A DNA stretch of 64,000 nucleotides from Candidatus Heimdallarchaeota archaeon (GCA_019057815.1 JAHLWR010000010.1:32001-96000); one strand, 5' to 3'. Counted from the first letter of the stretch, positions 37,939 through 48,939 are shown. Numbers and translations: made by a program. The notes: generated from the sequence alone by a model not told the origin.

Positions 37939-38486
37939 TTGGCACAGACTATGTTTAATCAAGATTTAATTGAGCAGATTAGAGCTGCATTTCCTAGAGC
38001 AGTTACTGATTTCAATAGTCGGAAACGTGCTTTCTTTGATAATGGTACAGTAACACTTGTTGTTGATAAAGCAGCAATAGCTGAAGCTGAAGCCCGTATA
38101 AACTGGAGTGCAAACGTAGGAGGTATCTTTGACGAATCCATACAAGCAAGTGATACTATCCTTTCTGGAAGAAAGCGGTAGCAGATTTCTTAAATGCTCC
38201 AGACCCTACGACCATTGTTTCTGGAGAATCTGCAACTTCTTTGCTCTTTAATTTAAGCTATGCTTTGGGTAAAGAACTCACTGGTAGTGAAAATGTTGTC
38301 ACAACAGATTATGAGAACTACACTAATGTGGATTCTTGGGAAGAACTTAACAAGCGAGGAAAAATCCAACAAGTTCGATTTACCAAACTGAATATGGAAG
38401 AAGGTACACTTGATATGAATCATCTACAAGAGTTGATAGATGCCAAAACCAAGATTGTGGCTATTACTGCTGCATCAAACATGTGA
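37939..38486 (+). pseudogene. Frameshifted, truncated class-V aminotransferase/cysteine desulfurase-like gene
   Basis: IRAAFP..FFDN.., frameshift near 38175, then ..VVTTDYE..DAKTKIVAITAASNM*; the PLP-lysine half is missing. Confidence 0.7.
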
Positions 38487-38537
38487 TGGAATACGGATTT
38501 CTGGTATAAAAATTACTATTAGAGGAAGAAATAAGTT

Positions 38538-39479
38538 TTACTCTATTATGTTATACCCACAATCTTTACAAAATTTTTCTGATATTTTTACTTTCCTTCC
38601 ACAATTAGAACAAAACATTGTATCTTCTTCTCTGGTGATAACTTCTTGTGATGATTTTTGTTGGAATGATTGTGGTTTTTGCCTAGGATGTTGAATATAC
38701 ATCTGTTTAGGAGGAGGTTGAGTTTGTTGATGAGATGGATAAACAGGAACTTGTGGTGGGATTGGATCAATAATTAATTCTGCTTCGTTTGATAATTTGA
38801 ATAATCCTATGATGAAAAAAAGTGATGAAACTAATAGAAGAACAAGGAAGAAAATTATCATGATAGCAGCAACTCTTATAGGTTGATAAAGAGCAATAGG
38901 AAGAAGAATATATGCAAAACATCGAAGAGCTTGCGAATAAAATAGACCTCTACTTATGGTTCCTTGATATAGATTGTTTTTTTCTAAATCTTTAAAAGTT
39001 TTCACTTTTTGATAAAAAGCGTAAGTTAACAGTGCAGCAGCTCCTATCGTAATAATAAAATTAGTTAGAAAATTAAAGATGGACACTATTGTAGCAATGA
39101 TACTAGTTATTATTCCAGCTAGCATATAGTTCCCTGTCTTTTTCGCACTATCAGCAATCCTTATTTCACTATTTCCTAATGATGTGAATGATGATGAAAG
39201 CATAAAAAAGAAGACATAATTTACTACTATTACAACTATTTGTGCTATCCAAAGAGTTATCATCCAAAACATCATAATCAAAACATAGAAAATGAAATCT
39301 AGCAACAGATAATATGAATAATCATCAACCATTTTAAAAAGGAAAGATATAATTACTCCATAGAAAATACAGTTAATAATCCAGAGAATCAGCTCAGTAA
39401 CAGCAAGTCTTTTTGCTGAATTACTTAACTTTCTTTTAGCTTGACTAAAAGGGCTAATCACATATGCTGGATAATACAT
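38538..39479 (-). CDS. Multi-pass membrane protein with Pro/Gln linker and C-terminal zinc ribbon
   Basis: About six hydrophobic helices, PPQVP..QPPP, FCSNCG..FCKDCG. Confidence 0.75.
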   Translation of the reverse strand: MYYPAYVISPFSQAKRKLSNSAKRLAVTELILWIINCIFYGVIISFLFKMVDDYSYYLLLDFIFYVLIMMFWMITLWIAQIVVIVVNYVFFFMLSSSFTSLGNSEIRIADSAKKTGNYMLAGIITSIIATIVSIFNFLTNFIITIGAAALLTYAFYQKVKTFKDLEKNNLYQGTISRGLFYSQALRCFAYILLPIALYQPIRVAAIMIIFFLVLLLVSSLFFIIGLFKLSNEAELIIDPIPPQVPVYPSHQQTQPPPKQMYIQHPRQKPQSFQQKSSQEVITREEDTMFCSNCGRKVKISEKFCKDCGYNIIE

Positions 39480-39536
39480 TCTGTTCTTCTCTTTCTTATC
39501 CCAATGCTTTATTGTTTATTATTATTTAAATTTATT

Positions 39537-40070
39537 TCATGGAAATGCTGGATTATTTTTATCTTCAACTCTCATCTGAAATACTCTTCTATTTTTAATA
39601 TCCATTTTTTGAAAATAGAATCTACTTTTAATTGTTTCAAATTTAACAATTGTTTTAGGACAGATTTTTACTAATACCATTTCTGGGATTTTTGAGAATG
39701 TATCAACAAATGCTTTTGATAATTTTCTTTCAAACAAATTTAAAAAAACCTTGTTTTTCTTATCTAATGGCTTTCCGAGAATTTCAGCTTCACCTTCATA
39801 TTGTACATTTTTCAGAGTTAATGCCACTCTTGGATTTTCTTTAATTTGAGCTATTTTCTTATTATTATCCCAAGACCAGAAAAGAATTTCCAACTCATCA
39901 TTAGCAAAAGTGACAGTTCTCGCAGTTACACGATCTTTACTTGAAGTTGCTAAAACAATTTCTCTATTTTCATCAAAGATATGAATAATTTCATCCTTAA
40001 ATGTTCTAAAATCAAGTTCTTTTCTCATCTTTGTGATTGTTTCCTCAGTATCTATATTTTTCTGACTCAT
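39537..40070 (-). CDS. Pyridoxamine-5'-phosphate oxidase-like FMN-binding split-barrel protein
   Basis: VLATS..RVTARTV, K..QI.ENPRVAL, EGEAEI. Confidence 0.8.
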   Translation of the reverse strand: MSQKNIDTEETITKMRKELDFRTFKDEIIHIFDENREIVLATSSKDRVTARTVTFANDELEILFWSWDNNKKIAQIKENPRVALTLKNVQYEGEAEILGKPLDKKNKVFLNLFERKLSKAFVDTFSKIPEMVLVKICPKTIVKFETIKSRFYFQKMDIKNRRVFQMRVEDKNNPAFP

Positions 40071-40316
40071 CTGTATCTCTCAATATTTTATTTGATGTTT
40101 TTGTATAATAGTATTATGCGAAAAATTTGAAGTTAAACCAGTTATCCCTTTTCTCAGCTAGAACTCACTTCCCCTTTAGAGAAGCTCTAGACTACTCAGA
40201 CTATTTTTGGGACATGTTTTTGTTAATTCAAAACTTTCTTCATTTTAAGAAGAACAAGATTTGTAAACTTTGTAGAGTTTTATTAACTCTTCTTACAACT
40301 GTTTTCTTCTCTTTTT

Positions 40317-41267
40317 CTAGTGATTCTGTATAGGATTAAGTGCTCTTTTTGAATTTTCCGTGATAATTTTAGTGATTAATTCTTCATCTATTCCTTCTTT
40401 CACACAATAAGGAACGAATTCCTTGAAAAATCGTGCATATGGTCTCATTGGCCATTCTTCCTCATCTTCTTTTATCCAATAAGAACCAGAATCTTGTCCA
40501 AACAGTAACTGTGAGAGTAGGTTCTCTTCTTGTAGTTTCCTTACCGCTGGAGGATATTTGGTAAAATCTTTCGCTCCTCCTAAGGTATCAAATTCTAGCC
40601 AAATCCCTTTCTTCCCAAACTCTAGAATTTTTTCCATATCCATTTGTCCATCAGCATGCACCCAGATGAATCTGTCATAGGGTAGTTGTTCTCCTTCTAT
40701 TATTTGGACAGCTTTAGGCAAAGAAGATGCATCCCATATGTGACATTGAATCACCATCCCTGTCTTTTTACTTGTTCTAGCAGCAGCTCTGAGTAGCTTC
40801 TCTTGTAAAGGGAATATTTCTCCTTCATCTCCTAGAGCAAGTTTGATGAATCCAGGTTTTATTCCTGTATCATCTATCCCTTCTTCAAACTCTTTTGTCC
40901 AGACAGCTGCTATTTCATCAATAGTCGACTCTCTAATAGCTTTAGGAACATTTTTTCCTCTAACATTCGAGCCATCCCAAGCTCCTGTGCATGTGACAAT
41001 ATTAATTCCAGACTTCTTAGAACATTCTACTAGAACCTCCAAATCTCTTCCCAATCCTAGTGGAGTAGCTTCAACTATTGTTTGACATCCTTTATTTTTT
41101 GCTTCAATCAAGTAAGGTAAAACGTACTCTACTACTTCTTCAGTGGAATAAGTCTTTTCTTGATCATCTGCACTAAATAAATTAACCACAATATGCTCGT
41201 GGAATAATGTCACTCCCAAGTCTTCTTGTTTAACAAGTCCGAGAACTGTGTTTATCAAAACAATCAT
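40317..41267 (-). CDS. Phosphotriesterase-related amidohydrolase
   Basis: INTVLG, TLFHEH, GLGRD, PGFIK, AAR....TG..I.CH, HAD, QD. Start is ATG 41267. Confidence 0.88.
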   Translation of the reverse strand: MIVLINTVLGLVKQEDLGVTLFHEHIVVNLFSADDQEKTYSTEEVVEYVLPYLIEAKNKGCQTIVEATPLGLGRDLEVLVECSKKSGINIVTCTGAWDGSNVRGKNVPKAIRESTIDEIAAVWTKEFEEGIDDTGIKPGFIKLALGDEGEIFPLQEKLLRAAARTSKKTGMVIQCHIWDASSLPKAVQIIEGEQLPYDRFIWVHADGQMDMEKILEFGKKGIWLEFDTLGGAKDFTKYPPAVRKLQEENLLSQLLFGQDSGSYWIKEDEEEWPMRPYARFFKEFVPYCVKEGIDEELITKIITENSKRALNPIQNH

Positions 41268-41320
41268 ATCCTTCCAATTTACATTTAGGAAATAGTTCAA
41301 ACATTTATAACTATTTTGAG
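41143..41320. repeat. 178-bp direct repeat, copy 1 (5' end and promoter of the PTE gene)
   Basis: Aligns colinearly with 43315-43492. Confidence 0.85.
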
Positions 41321-41389
41321 TCTCTAGATGAGAGAAAAGACAACTCAAAGAGACACTCATACATTACACTGCTCTAGAGAATAGAAACT

Positions 41390-42934
41390 TCATGTTAGAT
41401 TAGTCTTTTTCATGCTTTCGTGATCTTTAAATTTCTGTTCTAAATCTATGCCTTCTTCTTGGAGTATCATTTTTGCTAGATAATAACCACTAACTAAAAC
41501 GCCTGGAACACCAAAACCAGGAAAGTTCCAATGACCTACCAAGAACAAGTCTTCAACCGCAGTATTATGAGGTAAAATACTATTATAGTAGTTTTTATCA
41601 ACCAACCAACCCATAATCGATCCTTCTTTATTATATGTATAGCGTTCAAAAGTCAGAGGTGTTGCACCAATAGAAAATTTTACAGCATCTTTAAATTCTG
41701 AACCTAGTTTTTGGTATACCCTTTCTAGGAGAATATTTTTCACTTCATGTTTGAGTTTTTTGTAACCTTCTCCTCTTTCTTTATTTTCGCTTGTCTGCCA
41801 ATTATCTTTATAATCATAAGGAAGTAAAGTTGCAACAACAACTGAATAGTCTATCTGTTTTTCAGGTTTAGGGGGGACTATTACAATAATTGGACTGTTT
41901 TCAGGTGTAAGATTGTTCTCAGGGATATCCATTGTTTCTTGATCAAGAATCACATAGTTGTTGATATTTTCAAAATCATATGATTGATCAATACTCAAGA
42001 AGATAAAGAAAGCAGAAATGAAAATATTTTGTTTCTCGATTTTTTTTCTTATGGTATCTAAACCTCTTACTCCTTTAGTCAATTTATCTAGAGTATGATG
42101 AATTGGAGCATTGGAGACAATTATATCTGCAGAAAATAGTGTACCATCAGAACATAGCACACCTTTTACTTTATTGCTTTCTATAATAATCTCTTGGACT
42201 TCAGAATTGAACTTTATCTCTCCCCCATGTTTTTCTATAGCTCTTACTAAAGCATTAGGTATGCTTTGCATTCCTCCTTCTGGATAGTAATTTCTATCTT
42301 CAACCATTTCAACCCAGCCATAAGCATGAGCCCAGAAGATTAAACTTTGAATTGGATAATAACCCCATAAAATACTTTGAACATCTGAATCAGAGACAAT
42401 GCTTTTTAGAATTTTGACTCCGTTTTTTAGCATAAATTTTGTTAGAGTTGGTCTTTTGATAATACTTCCAAAACCAAATTTCAGTTTTTCAAATAACTTC
42501 ATCTCATATGGTGCTTTTGGAGGTCCGCTTGCTCTACTCTGTTCATACATTTTTCTCGAAATGTCAAAAAAAGTTGTTATATCAGGAGCTGACATTGGAA
42601 AGAATTCTTTTAGTTCTTTTTCTGCATCCAGACCATTAAAACTATATTTTTTATCCCCTATATAATAAACAAATTTGTAATGTAGTTTTTCTGAGTTAAC
42701 ATGTTCTCCAAGATAATTCAAGAATTGATTGATTGTCTGATCGTCTCCCATCTCAAATAAATGAAAAATAGATGCATCAAATCTACAATTCTTCCTCGTA
42801 AAAGAGGTGACATAACCTCCAGGTACTGAATGTTTCTCTAAAATCAAAACCTTTTTGCCTTCTTTAGATAGAAAAGCACCAGTAGATAATCCTCCTATTC
42901 CACCCCCTACTACAATTACATTGTAATCAGACAT
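41390..42934 (-). CDS. FAD-dependent oxidoreductase, phytoene desaturase/CrtI-RetSat superfamily
   Basis: VVGGGIGGL, EK..VPGG, YPEGG, ATPLTFERYT, LFLVG.W.FPG.GV. Confidence 0.85.
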   Translation of the reverse strand: MSDYNVIVVGGGIGGLSTGAFLSKEGKKVLILEKHSVPGGYVTSFTRKNCRFDASIFHLFEMGDDQTINQFLNYLGEHVNSEKLHYKFVYYIGDKKYSFNGLDAEKELKEFFPMSAPDITTFFDISRKMYEQSRASGPPKAPYEMKLFEKLKFGFGSIIKRPTLTKFMLKNGVKILKSIVSDSDVQSILWGYYPIQSLIFWAHAYGWVEMVEDRNYYPEGGMQSIPNALVRAIEKHGGEIKFNSEVQEIIIESNKVKGVLCSDGTLFSADIIVSNAPIHHTLDKLTKGVRGLDTIRKKIEKQNIFISAFFIFLSIDQSYDFENINNYVILDQETMDIPENNLTPENSPIIVIVPPKPEKQIDYSVVVATLLPYDYKDNWQTSENKERGEGYKKLKHEVKNILLERVYQKLGSEFKDAVKFSIGATPLTFERYTYNKEGSIMGWLVDKNYYNSILPHNTAVEDLFLVGHWNFPGFGVPGVLVSGYYLAKMILQEEGIDLEQKFKDHESMKKTNLT

Positions 42935-43314
42935 AGTTTTTTCAAACTAAATAATGAAATAAAGTATATAAGTACTATTAAATAAATCAGATTTTCACAA
43001 GTGTAAATTCTCTAGTATAAGTAGTGGTTAGTTTTGTCGAATGTTTTGTTCGACTATATAATTATTAGAGGAATGAAAAGAGGAAAATCAATACTAGAGG
43101 AAGAGAAAGTTGTATTTCTATTAGAAAATAGTATAAGAATAGAATAATCGACTGTGAAAGTTTCTCCTCGAAAGCAAAATATAGAACTAAAATTTCAACC
43201 TTCTAAACTCGTTTTTATTGCAGAAGTCGTCTATAAGAAACGACCATCTTTAAAGAAGTCGTCTAAAAGATACTACTTGGTAATAATAAGTCACCTTGCA
43301 GCAACGACCTGAAT

Positions 43315-43492
43315 GTGGAATAAGTCCTTTCTTGATCATCAGCATTAATTAAATTAACTACAATATGCTCGTGGAATAATGTCACTCCCAAGTCTTCTTG
43401 TTTAACAAGTCCGAGAACTGTGTTTATCAAAATAATCATATCCTTCCGATTTATATTTAGGAACTATTTCAAGCCCTTATAACTATTTTGAG
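43315..43492 (-). pseudogene. Truncated duplicate of the PTE 5' end (repeat copy 2)
   Basis: Encodes MIILINTVLGLVKQEDLGVTLFHEHIVVNL.. then diverges. Confidence 0.8.
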
Positions 43493-43542
43493 AAATCGCT
43501 GAAAAAAGATAAAATCAAAATTGAGCAGTTGTATGTTTGATT

Positions 43543-44046
43543 TTAATATTTTTCATAATGAACTTGGGTATCTAGTTCTTTTCTCGTTTTTGTTGGTTCT
43601 TCATCAGGATATCCAGTAGCAACTAATCCTAGAATATTTAGATGTTCAGGAACTCCAAGCAAATCTTTTATCTCTGGCTCAATTGATGAATCTATAACTC
43701 CAGCCCAACATGTACCTAATCCTAGACTATGTGCTTCTATCATATATTGTAATGTCGCTAAAGCTGAATCAGACATATGATACTTAGCATGTACCTCTGG
43801 GTTTGTTAGAGGAACGAAAACCACTGGACTTTCTGCTACAAATCTAGCATAAGGGTGAATTTCTGAAAGTTTCCTTCGAACCTGTTTGTCAGTTACAATA
43901 AGAAACTCCCAAGGTTGTTTGTTCGACGCTGAAGGAGCCCATCTAGCAGCTTCTAAGCATTTCTCTATTTTTTCTTCTTCAACTGGTAGATCTTTATATT
44001 TTCGTATACTTCTACGGGTTTTTAGTAGATTTAAAATGTCATTCAT
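43543..44046 (-). CDS. Nitroreductase family protein (copy 1)
   Basis: RRSIRKY, APSASNKQPW, LGLGTCW. Confidence 0.92.
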   Translation of the reverse strand: MNDILNLLKTRRSIRKYKDLPVEEEKIEKCLEAARWAPSASNKQPWEFLIVTDKQVRRKLSEIHPYARFVAESPVVFVPLTNPEVHAKYHMSDSALATLQYMIEAHSLGLGTCWAGVIDSSIEPEIKDLLGVPEHLNILGLVATGYPDEEPTKTRKELDTQVHYEKY

Positions 44047-44262
44047 TTTTTTCTCCTTCTAAAAGATGAGTCTTATTTATTAAAAATGTATTTCCTGAAA
44101 GACTACCTGAAATTAAGTATTTATCTATTTCTCATTATGGAATTGGAGTTATCACGTCCATAGCTGACATACTTTTCTTCACAGTTTGAGATATCGAAGA
44201 TGAGAAAAAAGGATAAAAAAGTTAGGATGAAAATATTAGATCATAGTAGAATCATATTTTGG

Positions 44263-44775
44263 CTATTTCTCAATTACTTTTAATACTTTTAAGTAAACAC
44301 TCTTTACTCCATTGTTTTGCTCTTTTTCTATAAGTTTCTCGAATTTCTCCACAAGTTCTTCCTGCAGTCTTTTATTATTCTTAGCTATTCCTGCAAGTCC
44401 AAATGCTGCACACCATCTAACGACTGTGCTTTTATGATTTGTATTTTCTAAAAGTTTTGGAACTGCTCTACTTGCCTTTTCTGGGTATTTCTCGGCTATG
44501 TATCCTATTGATTCTGGTATTCCCCATTTCACTTTGTTTGCTTTGTAATCTATATAACCTATTAGCATGTCAATATAGGGTAAGAACAATTCAGGATTTG
44601 ATTGAGAAACGAATTTCATTACTTCTGCACAAGTTCCTTTGATGACATCTGAACCTTCTTGGAATAATTTTATTAAATCCGCAAAGAGTTTTCCATCTTT
44701 CTCTATTTCTGAAACCATCTTACTAACTTTCTCTTTTGGTTTTAGATCAGATTGAAATATTAGTTGAAATACCAT
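44263..44775 (-). CDS. HEAT/ARM-repeat protein
   Basis: Repeated helical hairpins: KVKWGIPESIG, VVRWCAAFGL. Confidence 0.7.
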   Translation of the reverse strand: MVFQLIFQSDLKPKEKVSKMVSEIEKDGKLFADLIKLFQEGSDVIKGTCAEVMKFVSQSNPELFLPYIDMLIGYIDYKANKVKWGIPESIGYIAEKYPEKASRAVPKLLENTNHKSTVVRWCAAFGLAGIAKNNKRLQEELVEKFEKLIEKEQNNGVKSVYLKVLKVIEK

Positions 44776-45028
44776 ATATCAGAAAGTTGTTTTCAATATT
44801 TAAAATAATCACTCTAATTCAAACTTAAAAGAAGAAAGATAGAATCACGACTTGGAAAGGTAAAATTCGGAACTCGTAATCCCTTTTAATAGCTAGTTTT
44901 TACCCAAAAATGAGTTAACTCATAGCTTCAATGATTAGAAGAAAGTGTTCATTAATTTTAGGTCTTTCGGACATATATTATATGAATATCTTTATAAACG
45001 TATAATTGGTACTTTATTCAGTGGTTCT

Positions 45029-46423
45029 ATGTTTGATCCAACAACAGATTCGTTGAAACAGTTCATTAAATCAAGTTATATAGAAATAGCAGAATTAGTT
45101 AAAAGTACTGCACATAATAAGCGAATCCTGATTCTAGCTTCATTACTTGATGGTAGAAAATCCTTCCCCGAGCTAAAAATAGAGACTAGTTTAAGTAAAA
45201 CAGCATTAGCCAATCATCTGGCTTTGATGCTTAATTCCAATATCATTACAAGAATCGATCGGGGGTCGTATGAACTTACTAAAGATGGTAAAGAATTGCT
45301 ATTCGATATTGCTAAGATTTACTATCAATCAGAGAACTATCAACTGAAACAAAGAGAACTGCTATCAAAACAATATCAAAGATTTAGAAATTTAGGTGAT
45401 GTTATGACAAAACAAGAAAAACGCGTATCAAATGTAGCTGTTTATCAACCTCATGGATTGTCTTATTCTTCTGCTATTAGTGGAATTCTTCAATCTGTGG
45501 GAGAAGAATGGGGTGTTGATGATGTTACTGCTTTCACAGGTTATGGCTTTCTTATCAACACAAGTAGAGACCAAATTTGCCCTTCAGGCCCCACTGCTCT
45601 AGCAGCAGCTTGGAAAACAATCCGAGACGCAACTGAGAAACTTGGCTGGCAATTCAGATTCCACATCGATAATCAACCGTTTCCCAGTAGCACAGACTCA
45701 TCTCAACCTCTGAGTAAGAATGATGAGAAAAGAGCAAAAGAATTCTTTGGAAAGGTAAAAGAAGCTATCGATAAATATGACCGTCCAGTTGTAATCTGGG
45801 GTATTCCTGTCCCTGAATACGGAATTGTTAATGGGTATCAAGATGACTATTATCTTGTAAGCACGTTTAGAACTCTCTTGAACCAAGAAGAAACTCCAAT
45901 AGCTTATAACAAGCTTCAAGCTCCTGGTTGTATGGATCTTTTTATTCTCGAGAAGAAAACTCACCCACCAACAGACAAGGATTACAGGGATTCGATCGTC
46001 CGAGCTTTAAAGATGGCAAGGGGCGAAGGTGTTGCTGGGGGTGATTATGTAGCAGGACCAGAAGCTTATGATATTCTGCAAAAACAGTTGCTAGAAACTG
46101 AGGAAGAGAAGATCCAACCATTTGCTTTTGCGTACTTAGTCGACTGTTATTATTGTGCGAGAGAGAGTTCCTTCAACTACTTGAACAAACTTGCTGATAA
46201 ATACAAGAAAGAAAACTTTGACAAGTATATTAAGAAAGCAGCAGATGTCTATGGTAGAATCACTGAACAATACAAAGAACTTCAGAAGATCTTTCCATTA
46301 TTTGGAGCGCAAGATCTTTCCCTTGAAAGCAGGAAGAAATATGCAAGTATCTTAAGCCAGATAAAAGATTCAGAAGAACAAGCTATAGTAAGTTTAGAGA
46401 GAATTGTTGAGAATTGGAAGTAA
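45029..46423 (+). CDS. ArsR-like wHTH fused to a BtrH/C39-like domain
   Basis: AHNKRILIL..LSKTALANHL..RGSYELT..G; C-terminal 'ICPSGP', 'PVVIWG..EYGIVNGY'. Start probably ATG 45029. Confidence 0.65.
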   Translation: MFDPTTDSLKQFIKSSYIEIAELVKSTAHNKRILILASLLDGRKSFPELKIETSLSKTALANHLALMLNSNIITRIDRGSYELTKDGKELLFDIAKIYYQSENYQLKQRELLSKQYQRFRNLGDVMTKQEKRVSNVAVYQPHGLSYSSAISGILQSVGEEWGVDDVTAFTGYGFLINTSRDQICPSGPTALAAAWKTIRDATEKLGWQFRFHIDNQPFPSSTDSSQPLSKNDEKRAKEFFGKVKEAIDKYDRPVVIWGIPVPEYGIVNGYQDDYYLVSTFRTLLNQEETPIAYNKLQAPGCMDLFILEKKTHPPTDKDYRDSIVRALKMARGEGVAGGDYVAGPEAYDILQKQLLETEEEKIQPFAFAYLVDCYYCARESSFNYLNKLADKYKKENFDKYIKKAADVYGRITEQYKELQKIFPLFGAQDLSLESRKKYASILSQIKDSEEQAIVSLERIVENWK

Positions 46424-46554
46424 TTCATCCCAGAAGAGAATCCTACCCCAATTCTCATATTACTTTTTTTTTGATGTTTATTTAGATTTCTAAAGATTAT
46501 TATTAAGTTAATTAGAGACATCAATTGTTTCTTCGAAGAAAATAGAAAGTTGAT

Positions 46555-47502
46555 TCACTTCTCTTTTCTTTTCAATAGTTTCTTAAATCGAAAAACAATT
46601 CCTTTAAGATTCAAGTAGTTGTATTCATAGAATAGAACCATAAGCCATATTAATCCAATACCATTAATAGAAAGAAAAATTAATGGAAAGTTTCTTATTA
46701 AGGTAGCATTTGATAAGTTTAGAGGGAGAAAGATAAGAAATATGGACTCTAGAGCAAAAAGTAAAGCAGTATTCAACGAAAATAAAGCGCAGAAATGATA
46801 TTGCTTTGTGTATAACATACGAATAAGTATTGCTACTATTAAAAAGCAACCAGCGAATATGAAACCTCTTGTGGCTGATTGAATATAATTGAAGTCAGGG
46901 TTTACTTTTAAAGAATCAAAAGTTTTATAAAAAATACCTTTTGAAATTCTTGAAAAGGACAATACTATAGGTAAAATAACTATAATTGTTATATAAAATA
47001 CAAAAACAGCTAGTGGATGTTGATAAAATTTAGCTTTTTTCTCTTTAAGAGGAACTTTCGATAATTTCAGTATCAGAAATAGAACAAGGACAATTATTAT
47101 GCAAAAGCTTATCAAATTCATAAATCCAGCTACATTACTAACTAAGAAAACATCTGATTTTAAATGATTTAACTCAACTATAAAGCAAATTGATTGAAGA
47201 ATAGGATATAAACTCATTAATTTCCATCTTCTGTGAAGGGACACAAACAGAAAGAAGGAAATTAAAAGCAAAATTACAAAGAAAAAACCTGTTAAGAACA
47301 TATTTAAAGAGTAGTTATAGTCTTTATTAAACCAAATAACTGGAAGTATTCCAATATTTGCGGACCACAAATAAGAAGTAGTAACAAGAGTGTTTGTAAA
47401 AGGTAAAATTACTAATGAGAGAAATAATGAAACTATTATCAATATTTCTTGAATATTCTTTTTCATACAACGATTATATTCTAAGTTCTTCAATAAACTC
47501 AC
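46555..47502 (-). CDS. Multi-pass membrane protein
   Basis: About eight hydrophobic segments. Confidence 0.65.
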   Translation of the reverse strand: MSLLKNLEYNRCMKKNIQEILIIVSLFLSLVILPFTNTLVTTSYLWSANIGILPVIWFNKDYNYSLNMFLTGFFFVILLLISFFLFVSLHRRWKLMSLYPILQSICFIVELNHLKSDVFLVSNVAGFMNLISFCIIIVLVLFLILKLSKVPLKEKKAKFYQHPLAVFVFYITIIVILPIVLSFSRISKGIFYKTFDSLKVNPDFNYIQSATRGFIFAGCFLIVAILIRMLYTKQYHFCALFSLNTALLFALESIFLIFLPLNLSNATLIRNFPLIFLSINGIGLIWLMVLFYEYNYLNLKGIVFRFKKLLKRKEK

Positions 47503-47689
47503 ATTTCAATTGTAACAGCTTTTAAAAATTTAGCTCAATGAATGAGTCTTTTGATCTATTTCTCTTTGAGAGTTAGTTAATATTTCTTTAGTAATAGATT
47601 ATCTAGACCCCAGAAGTTATGGTAGTGTGCTGTTACTGTTGCTATTGAAGTTATGATTTACGTTCTGTAATGCTGACTTTCGACGCTAT

Positions 47690-47944
47690 AAATCTGAGTA
47701 TACTTATACAGATTCTGAAAAACCAACTGAAAATGTTGATACATATGAATGACAACATAGTTTTTCAGCTATTTCAAACTCGCTTATCAATGCTGGGTCA
47801 ATTATATTAAACGTAAAAGAGTATCCATTTACATGCTACAAACGGCTTCCTTTTGTTGTTAAATGCGGGGACGGGTATTGGAGAATGAAAGATAGTAAAT
47901 ATGAGATTCCTCTCATATTTAGCATAAAAGCTGAAAAAAAATAA
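47690..47944 (+). pseudogene. 3' remnant of a class I SAM methyltransferase
   Basis: YTD..TYE*QHSFSAISNSLINAG..EYPFTCYKRLP..DGYWRM..EIPLIFSIKAEKK*; the TGA sits at a position where Trp would be expected. Confidence 0.55.
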
Positions 47945-48105
47945 GATTAAAATTAAGTAAAAAGAATAGAGAATAGAATAATCTCTATTCTTGAAAAATC
48001 ATAGAGTTCTTTAGCTGTTTTTCTATCTTGACTTTGACAGGATTCATCATGGATTTTAACAGTTAAGAGCGAATTAATTATATAAGATAATCAAAATAGC
48101 TTTAA

Positions 48106-48939
48106 TTGATGTTAGACTCTGTAGCTCTGGTGAAATATGAGAACAACATTGAAAAAGCTCTCGAAAAAGGTATTGGACTTATTAATGGTTTTAAAAGTCT
48201 TAAATCACCAGTAATAATAAAGCCTAATATTTGTACACAAGTAGATAAGACTGGTTTTGCAGTGAATGATGTTCTAGTAGTCCAAGCTTTGATAGAATTG
48301 ATTCTTAAAGAAAACCAAAATCTTTCCATTAAAATCGTGGAATCAGACAGTATGAGTAAATTTGCTGACGAAGCTTTTGATAAATTTGGTTATAAGGATT
48401 TAGAAGAAAGAATACAAGAGTCTGGTTTTGATGTTTCATTAATAAATCTAAGCCATTCCACAACAGTTGAGACTAATTTCGAAGGAAGTTATTTTAAGAA
48501 ACCTAAGCTTCCCAAGATACTTATTGGTTCTAAATTTTTCATTTCTCTTGCTGTGGCAAAAACACACTATTTGACGTTTTTCACTGGGACATTAAAGAAT
48601 CTTTTTGGACTTCTACCAAGAAAGGATCAATCGTTCTATCATCCAAACATTAATGACGTCATTGTTGACTTAAACAGATTTATTCGACCTAATCTCTGCA
48701 TTGTTGACGCTAGAGTGGGTCTTGAAGGTTGGGAAGGACCAAAATCAAGAAGTTTAAACAGGTTTGTTATAGGTACTAAACCAGTGTCAACAGATGCCAC
48801 TATGGCTAGAATTATGGGATTTGAACCAGAAAGAGCAAATCATTTGGTGGAAGCAGCAAATTATGACCTTGGTTCTTTAACACCTAAAATTGTTGGAGAG
48901 AAAATTGAAACTTCAAAAATACAATTCAACCCTCCCTGA
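48106..48939 (+). CDS. DUF362 family Fe-S protein
   Basis: IKPNI, KTH..T..TG.LKNLFG, IVDA..G.EG.EGP, PV..DA...RIMG. Confidence 0.85.
   Translation: MMLDSVALVKYENNIEKALEKGIGLINGFKSLKSPVIIKPNICTQVDKTGFAVNDVLVVQALIELILKENQNLSIKIVESDSMSKFADEAFDKFGYKDLEERIQESGFDVSLINLSHSTTVETNFEGSYFKKPKLPKILIGSKFFISLAVAKTHYLTFFTGTLKNLFGLLPRKDQSFYHPNINDVIVDLNRFIRPNLCIVDARVGLEGWEGPKSRSLNRFVIGTKPVSTDATMARIMGFEPERANHLVEAANYDLGSLTPKIVGEKIETSKIQFNPP

Noticed and set aside
43222-43265. AGAAGTCGTCTA repeated twice, 32 bp apart (mini-CRISPR?)
   Set aside because: Only two 12-bp units; too short and too few.
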